A stretch of DNA of 64,000 nucleotides from Gemmatimonadota bacterium (GTDB lineage: Bacteria; Gemmatimonadota; Gemmatimonadetes; Gemmatimonadales; GWC2-71-9). Both the position numbers and the translations under genes were made by a program. The DNA lies in assembly GCA_036679605.1 (NCBI GenBank), contig JAZDCZ010000011.1, forward strand, positions 1-64,000. The letters run 5' to 3'. Position 1 is the stretch's first letter. Each line of letters opens with the position of its first letter. Below, piece by piece: positions 58,069 to 64,000 of this stretch. Below the pieces are notes generated by a model. The model was not told the origin of the DNA. It did no database searches and saw only the letters and a list, made by a program, of their open reading frames with translations.

Positions 58069-59781
58069 ATGATCCAACAACGGCGTTCACGGGGCATTGG
58101 TAGATCGAGTGTCGGAGCGGTCGCTTTGCTGAGTTCTGTTCTGGCATCCTGTCAGGGTGCTGATCGCCCGACGGGGCCGATGGGCAACTCCTGCCTGGAG
58201 ACAGCGGTCCCCGCTGTATTGTCGCTCGAAGTAGGTGCATCTCGGCGATTCGACGCCGACAGCGCTGAGTGCTTCATTCTCCGGCGTGATGGAGCTGGAT
58301 ATATCCTCACCGCAGTGAACCTCGGGGTGCCGGTCAGTAGCGACGCGCCGGTGGCGGATCGCCTCGCCTTCATTCGGCTGGAAGACCCAGGTAACGCCGC
58401 ATCGGCAATGCCAGCCAACGCGCCGTTCGTCGCCAGGCCGGCGAAGGCCTCGCTCATTGGAGCGGTCGAGCGTGAGAGGAGACCAGCGGACATCATGGAC
58501 AGGCCCGGCGCGTACGCGTCCGCCAGCGGCGCGCACAGCACCGCTGCCGTGAGTCGCGAAGAAATACAGAACCGTTTGAGCAGCGCACACGTTGACGATG
58601 CCGTCTGGATCCCCGATCGATGGAACGACCCGAGCGCCTGCAACGCATCGTCGACGTCGATCCCCGTGTTCGCGGTTGTTATCGTCGCGATCGACGGCAA
58701 CTCGGTTATCGCCGTGGACGTGCGTGTGCCGAATCTCGCCGAAGTGCTTGCGCCGGACGCGCGCGCTAAGTTGGAGCGCGTCGCCGCGACGTTGGACGCG
58801 GTGTACCTGCCGACGATGAGCGTAGTCATCTCTCGCACGTTTCAGCCAGCCGGAGGCGCAGGCGGGAGAATCGTCACGCTGCTGACCGGGATCACGTCCA
58901 ATATCGGCACGACGATCCTGTATCCCGAAGCGTTGCCTCGGTCGTGGTGTAGCGGGTCAATCGAGGTGTCGATCGCCGTGCTCCCAGCGAACGTTGGAGA
59001 AGCGACTGAAGCGCAAATCGCCGGAACGGCGATCCACGAGCACGCTCATGGCGCCGATTTCTGGGTTGGCCCGGAGATCAGCGCTCGCGCCCTCGGCACG
59101 ACGGGGTGGGCCACCGAAGCGCTGGCGACGACGGCGCAGGAACAGGCCGCGCGCATTCTGGCGGGTGCGCGGGCAGCCTTTAGCCAGGGTGCCGATGAGG
59201 CCGAGAGACTGCAAACGTTATGGCCGGCCACTCGCTGGCCCGGAACGCCGCGCCCCGAGTTTCAGCCCCTGTGGGGTGTGCACGCGGCACCCCCCGCGGC
59301 CTACGGCACCGACGGGCTGTTTCTGCTATCCGTTCGCGAGCAGCTCCACCAAACATGGCCGGGCGAGGGGAACGGATCGCGGCTCTACGAGCGCTTGGCG
59401 CCGACGGGTGATTGGTCGCTCGAGGCGATCGCCGATTTGACACAGACGGCACCGGCTGATCTGTACGACCGGTTCGTGCTCGCGGTGGCGATGGACGATC
59501 GTCTAGCGAGCGACGTCATACCGCCGACGCCGCTCCCGCAGTTCGCAACATGGGACAACAGTTGGCGGCGCGGCGACCTCCCCGATGAGGTGTGGCTGCC
59601 GTACGAATCGATCCTCGCGGTGATTCCGTTCGATTTTCCGCTCGACGTCGGAGCGGGGGCCTACGGCGTGTGGCGAATCAATGCATCGCCGGACGAAGCC
59701 GGCACAGGAGACCTTCGGCTGCGAGTGACGCCTGTGCCTGACCATCCGCCCTCGATCCTTCGGATAACACGCTACCGATGA
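58069..59781 (+). CDS. Lipoprotein with HExxH...E gluzincin-like motif
   Basis: LASC lipobox; TAIHEHAH...WATEALA. Confidence 0.7.
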   Translation: MIQQRRSRGIGRSSVGAVALLSSVLASCQGADRPTGPMGNSCLETAVPAVLSLEVGASRRFDADSAECFILRRDGAGYILTAVNLGVPVSSDAPVADRLAFIRLEDPGNAASAMPANAPFVARPAKASLIGAVERERRPADIMDRPGAYASASGAHSTAAVSREEIQNRLSSAHVDDAVWIPDRWNDPSACNASSTSIPVFAVVIVAIDGNSVIAVDVRVPNLAEVLAPDARAKLERVAATLDAVYLPTMSVVISRTFQPAGGAGGRIVTLLTGITSNIGTTILYPEALPRSWCSGSIEVSIAVLPANVGEATEAQIAGTAIHEHAHGADFWVGPEISARALGTTGWATEALATTAQEQAARILAGARAAFSQGADEAERLQTLWPATRWPGTPRPEFQPLWGVHAAPPAAYGTDGLFLLSVREQLHQTWPGEGNGSRLYERLAPTGDWSLEAIADLTQTAPADLYDRFVLAVAMDDRLASDVIPPTPLPQFATWDNSWRRGDLPDEVWLPYESILAVIPFDFPLDVGAGAYGVWRINASPDEAGTGDLRLRVTPVPDHPPSILRITRYR

Positions 59782-59819
59782 CGCTCGGTCCAACCGCCAA
59801 CACTTCCTTGCGGGCTCAT

Positions 59820-60229
59820 ACCACTGCGCAGGAATTGGACCTCCTGGACCGTCGCGAGTTCATTCAGGCCTCCGCCGAGGACCTTTCGTCACTTGGCGAC
59901 GCTTCCGTTGACGCCGTCACGACACACTCCGTGCTTATCTACGTATCTGCGAAGCAGCAGGTGACCATCTTTCGTACGCACAGAGTGTTGGTTTCAGTGA
60001 GGTTCACCTGGAGTTCCGGGTTGATGTGCAGCATTTCAGCGAGAGTATGAGTTGGGATATCTATGTGAAGATCGCACCCAACTCGAACACCCCCACACCT
60101 GAGGAGGCGATGGACCAAGCGTTGAACGAAGAGGAGGCGAAAGAGTTTTCCGCATGCCTACAGCCACTCGGAGAGGGGGGCGGAAGTGCAATCCCAATGG
60201 CCGCGGTCTATCTATGGGCGGTCAAGTGA
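59820..60229 (+). pseudogene. Fragmented SAM-dependent methyltransferase
   Basis: EFIQASAEDLS..DASVDAVTT.SVLIYV..K and, in another frame, PT.EEAMDQAL...AAVYLWAVK. Confidence 0.6.
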
Positions 60230-60357
60230 CTGATTTCACCTCGGTCCCCAAGTGCTGGAGATTCGGAGAACTACTTCCAAGATTGGTGGAGCCCGTGCCT
60301 CCCAAGATCAATCATGATCGACGAAGGTTGAGCACCGCCTGCTCATGGTTTCTCCCG

Positions 60358-60804
60358 ATGCTTGCGGCTTTCTTCCTCTGGGCCTGCGACGGTTCCGATA
60401 GCGCGTCGCTGCCAGCGGATCCTCGTGTCATCCTGCAGGCGCATCTTTCCCATGGCATCGGCGAGAATCCGTTGGAATCACCACTTACCCAAGACTCTCT
60501 CGCCGCCGCGATGATCGTACGCGCCCGAGAATGCGCGCCAGCCGACCTGCTTCGGGGACTGGCTCCGGATACCGCCCACGGTGGTCGGCTACTTGAGCGG
60601 GTTCGCTCCGATGGGCTAATCGACATACGAGAGGGACAGGCATGCACCACCTTCCCAATTCTCGTCAACGAGGAGCAAGCAACGTACGCGATGGTGACAT
60701 ACGAGGTAGCGGAGGATGCTCTGAAAGTGCTGTCTTCAGACTTGATCGAACTTGCCGGACTGGTTGACGAGCGCGGTTGGAAGGAGTCAACGCCCGATCG
60801 GTGA
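60358..60804 (+). pseudogene. Truncated lipoprotein
   Basis: LWAC lipobox; the ORF collides with an inverted propeller fragment at ~60787. Confidence 0.5.
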
Positions 60805-61251
60805 GGGGAGCGGTTGTGCACGATGGTGATACCCGAACTGTCGGTGACCGTGGTATGCGGAGGCGTTTCGGGAGAATTGCTGCACGCGAGGGCGACGACG
60901 CCAACGGCCCACACGCACGGGAGCCTTCCGCCCGGAATGGTTGTCATTCCCAATCTCTTTAATCGCATCCAGGCCATCCGACGGGTGATTGAAGTCCCTA
61001 TGAAAGATGGGGGGATGGGGCAAGCGATGTGTGCACACACATCACTTTTCCCATGTCCGGACCGTCACGGGTACTGGGTTGATTCCTGGTAGCCCCACCG
61101 AAAGAGAGTCGCGCAGGACGAACCCATTTTCGACTCACGGCTTGAGGAACGCGTTAGTCCCTTGAGAAAATTGGCGTCACGCTCTAAAATCTCAAGGCAC
61201 CATTTCAAGAATCCCGGGGGGGACCAACCTATAGGACATCGGAGCACCGAG
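60787..61251 (-). repeat. Inverted paralogous copy of 45459-45765 (upstream DNA plus propeller N-terminus, ATG 60947)
   Basis: MTTIPGGRLPCVWA(V/I)GVVALACSNSPET...HRSGV is nearly identical; 61141-61251 matches 45459-45569. Confidence 0.88.
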
Positions 61252-61426
61252 ACCGGTGGTGGTCGTCGCCCCAGGCAGCGGGTGGTGAAATGAGGTGGCC
61301 CCACTGTTACAAACACGGTTGCTCCCGGAGTTCAAACCGAGAAAGTAGAGACCGGGCGGTACTCTTGCCCGAGCGGATCCGAGCGAGCATCCCCGCTACT
61401 CGGCGCGTATAAGAGGGAGCGAATCA

Positions 61427-61831
61427 ATGCAGAGACTCATGCTCGCCATATTGGCCACGCTCGCGATCATGTACCTGGTCCCGTTCCCTATCTACGGTGG
61501 CCTGTCGATGGTCACCGACATCGAGCCCCCATCGCCGGAATCGCCTGGGCTATTCATGTTGAGTGTGTTGGTCGTTAAGGTAGGTGTCGCGGTTGGGTTT
61601 GTTCTGCTGTTCTATCTCGGTCGTAGTCGCTGGGTTGAAGAATGGAAGGTCTACTCAGGTGTGTGGTGGACGATGTTTGCGATCATGGAGATCGGCCAGG
61701 CGATCGTTCCGGACTACACGTGGCTCGACGCATTTGGGGGAATCATTGCTGAGGCCATCTACTTTCCTCTGTCCGCGGTGGTTGTTGCGCGACTCATTCG
61801 CCCTCTTGCCGATTCGAACGCTTCTGCTTAA
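61427..61831 (+). CDS. Four-TM hypothetical membrane protein
   Basis: GGAG RBS; hydrophobic helices; EIGQAI.P.Y...A..GII.E.IYFP. Confidence 0.75.
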   Translation: MQRLMLAILATLAIMYLVPFPIYGGLSMVTDIEPPSPESPGLFMLSVLVVKVGVAVGFVLLFYLGRSRWVEEWKVYSGVWWTMFAIMEIGQAIVPDYTWLDAFGGIIAEAIYFPLSAVVVARLIRPLADSNASA

Positions 61832-61914
61832 CGGCAAGGCGGCCTTGATAAGCGGCCCCACGTGTTCAAGGCGGACCGCTAACCCGTAGTCGCGAACCAC
61901 AACCCACTAACTAG

Positions 61915-63801
61915 TCATGCCCCATCTACAACACCCGATGCCTCCAACAGCCGCACCACCCCCACGTGCCCTACTGCTCGCGCCATAGGTGTCGCCTGTG
62001 GAAGGTCGACGGGCAGGTTCGGGTTTGCACCGTGCTCCAGCAACATTCTTGCTGTTTCCTCGTGGCCCTCGGCGGCGGCCCAGGCCAGGGGTGTGCCGCG
62101 AAACTCGTCGTCGAGCGCGTCGAGGTCGGCGCCGTGCTCGATGACCAACAAAGCGTTGTGCGTTTCCCCACGCCCGGCATAGTGATGCAGCGCCGTCTTG
62201 CCGAGCCAGCCCGGACGGTTGGCGTCGAACCCGGCCTCGAGGAGACGTTTGAGTACGGCGCTCTCGGTCACGGCCACGTCGGGACTTCCAAGGCGCAGCG
62301 TGCCGCCGTGCAAGCGGTGCACCACGTCCGGATCCTTTTCGAGCAGGAGATCGGCCAAGGCCAGATCGTTCCGGGCCAATACCTCTTCCGCAAACCAATG
62401 CTCGCGGGTCACAGGCGCGTCAGTCGCCAGAGCATCGCGCAGTTCGTTCCTGCTCATGGCCCACATTGCCGTCGTGGCGCCGTGGGCGCGCAAGAGTCGT
62501 TCGATCTCCGGCGCGGCGTTACCGGCCCGGGACTTGGTAATTCCCAAGCAACTATCCGACGAGTCGGGTGCTGAGTTTGGATTCGCGCCGTGATCAAGTA
62601 AGAGTTTCACAATGTCGACGCGACAGATGGCGCAGGCCATCCACAACGCGTGTCCTTCGCTCGCCAACTCCTCCGGCCGGTTCGGATCTGCACCGTGGTT
62701 CAGGAGCTTCCGCACGATCTCGAGATGACTGCCTCGGGCGGCGTACATCAGGGGACTGCGCCGGCCCGAGTCGAGGCACCGTGCCATCCCGGGATCCTTG
62801 GCGAGGAGCGCATCGACCCTTGCAGAGTCACCGGTCGCACATGCCACCGACAAGTCGGTACCGGCGCCTGCGTCCAGCAAGGCGCGCAGCGTCGTAGTTT
62901 GATCCGCATGTGTCACACCCTTCAACTCACGCCACACCCGGAACTCGTAGTCGCCGTTGAAGAGGAGATGCGCCGGTGTCTGCCCGTCGCTCCGGCGGTG
63001 ATCGGGATCCGCCCCATGCTTGCACAGCATGGCAAAGAGGTCCGGTTGTCTTGTCATTACCGCCCAGTGGATCGCGTTGTTGCCGTGGACGTCACACGCC
63101 CGGCCGAGATCGGGTCGGTCGACTAACACCTTCTCGACGCAATGCCCCTCGCGAGACACGATAGCGTCCCTCAGTTGGGCAAACTCCGCATTGTACCCGA
63201 AGCGATCCCGCGCGGCCTCAACGAGGATGCGGTAAATCTCATGGAATCCCATGGCATCCGCGCGCTGGCGCAACTTCTTCCAGCCCGATTCCATGAAGCG
63301 CGTGCGTCCGGGTTCCGTACCGGCGTCCAACAGTATGTGCACGATCTCCGGTTGGTTCGCATACACGGCAAAGTGAATCGGCTGCGTATACCAATATTGG
63401 GCGTGGACAAGATTGGGATCAGCGTCGATCAGCGCGCGCACCGTCGGCACATCGCCTTCGCGACACGCCTCGAACAGCGCCCATGCCCGCTCGCCGTCCA
63501 CGGCCTCCACGTCATAGATGTACTGGCCGTGCATCTCGGCGGGCTTGGTCCGTTGGCGCCGTTCACCGCGTGTGGCGCCGGCGCCCTCTCTCAGTCGGGC
63601 CCAACTGGCGTACCCAAGACTCCGCGCGAGCACGAGTTGCGCCTGCGCAAGTCGGAACAGCCGCTGATCTGCGCCGTCGAAGTGCGCGTGCACGGTGCGA
63701 ACGGCCTCAGCATCACCCTCGCGAAAGGCATGCAGCAGTTCCTTGGCACGCCGCTTGAGTTGGAGAAGGTTCTTAAGGGACCCGTTCTGAGGGGTGGACA
63801 T
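61915..63801 (-). CDS. Ankyrin-repeat protein with N-terminal LxQLKxxAKxLL helical domain
   Basis: NLLQLKRRAKELL...LAQAQLVLARSLGYASWARL; many TP(L/A)H..A / LL.HGADPN repeats. Confidence 0.9.
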   Translation of the reverse strand: MSTPQNGSLKNLLQLKRRAKELLHAFREGDAEAVRTVHAHFDGADQRLFRLAQAQLVLARSLGYASWARLREGAGATRGERRQRTKPAEMHGQYIYDVEAVDGERAWALFEACREGDVPTVRALIDADPNLVHAQYWYTQPIHFAVYANQPEIVHILLDAGTEPGRTRFMESGWKKLRQRADAMGFHEIYRILVEAARDRFGYNAEFAQLRDAIVSREGHCVEKVLVDRPDLGRACDVHGNNAIHWAVMTRQPDLFAMLCKHGADPDHRRSDGQTPAHLLFNGDYEFRVWRELKGVTHADQTTTLRALLDAGAGTDLSVACATGDSARVDALLAKDPGMARCLDSGRRSPLMYAARGSHLEIVRKLLNHGADPNRPEELASEGHALWMACAICRVDIVKLLLDHGANPNSAPDSSDSCLGITKSRAGNAAPEIERLLRAHGATTAMWAMSRNELRDALATDAPVTREHWFAEEVLARNDLALADLLLEKDPDVVHRLHGGTLRLGSPDVAVTESAVLKRLLEAGFDANRPGWLGKTALHHYAGRGETHNALLVIEHGADLDALDDEFRGTPLAWAAAEGHEETARMLLEHGANPNLPVDLPQATPMARAVGHVGVVRLLEASGVVDGA

Positions 63802-63807
63802 GATGAT

Positions 63808-63873
63808 CTCCTTTCGCCTGACCGCAAGCCAGGCGCGTCCGCCCGGTGTCTGCTGTCACGGGCTGAAAGAAGG
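63808..63873 (-). promoter_or_regulatory. Candidate cis-regulatory RNA leader (three-way junction that sequesters the RBS)
   Basis: In mRNA sense, CTTCTTTC pairs with GAAAGGAG and encloses GCCCG/CGGGC and GCCTGGC/GTCAGGC hairpins. Confidence 0.55.
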
Positions 63874-64000
63874 TCATCACGAAATGTATGATGTCGAAGA
63901 CAGGTGGACACGGTCCTCTCCGCAGACTCGGGGGCGTCCTGTACGCAGCGGTAATATGGGTTGAGCCGCGGTGATGCCGCCAGTGACCGCGTCAAGGGTA

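Noticed and set aside
60312..61040. 242-aa fusion ORF
   Set aside because: After HRSGV it is only the antisense of 60358-60804 across a deletion junction.

Overview
GC-rich accessory region, probably from a Gemmatimonadota-like bacterium. This assignment is inferred from gene families: PadR plus duplicated orphan permeases, 'DSAG' 6-bladed beta-propeller lipoproteins and a choice-of-anchor B protein. The left half (1-29 kb) begins with an IS30 end cutting an M6 metalloprotease gene. It carries six PadR + ADOP-type permease pairs with no ATPase and two ECF sigma/anti-sigma modules, and it ends at a duplicated 3' fragment of a tRNA(CAT) that looks like an att scar. The six pairs split 3+3: PadR subtype tracks the permease N-terminal domain, and most pairs have their own palindromic operator, which suggests a set of insulated membrane-to-repressor signalling modules. 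The right half (29-64 kb) mixes secreted hydrolases, metallopeptidase-like lipoproteins and an Ior-type molybdoenzyme with many pseudogenes, IS6 and IS4-like remnants, and short decayed copies of nearby genes. At 47.2-50.9 kb, small genes are separated by a repeated structured element (closing stem TGTCGT...ACGACAGCAC plus a hairpin with a conserved loop), a candidate ncRNA or cassette system. An RBS-sequestering three-way-junction leader precedes the final ankyrin gene. All family calls are from motif recognition by eye; no searches were run.
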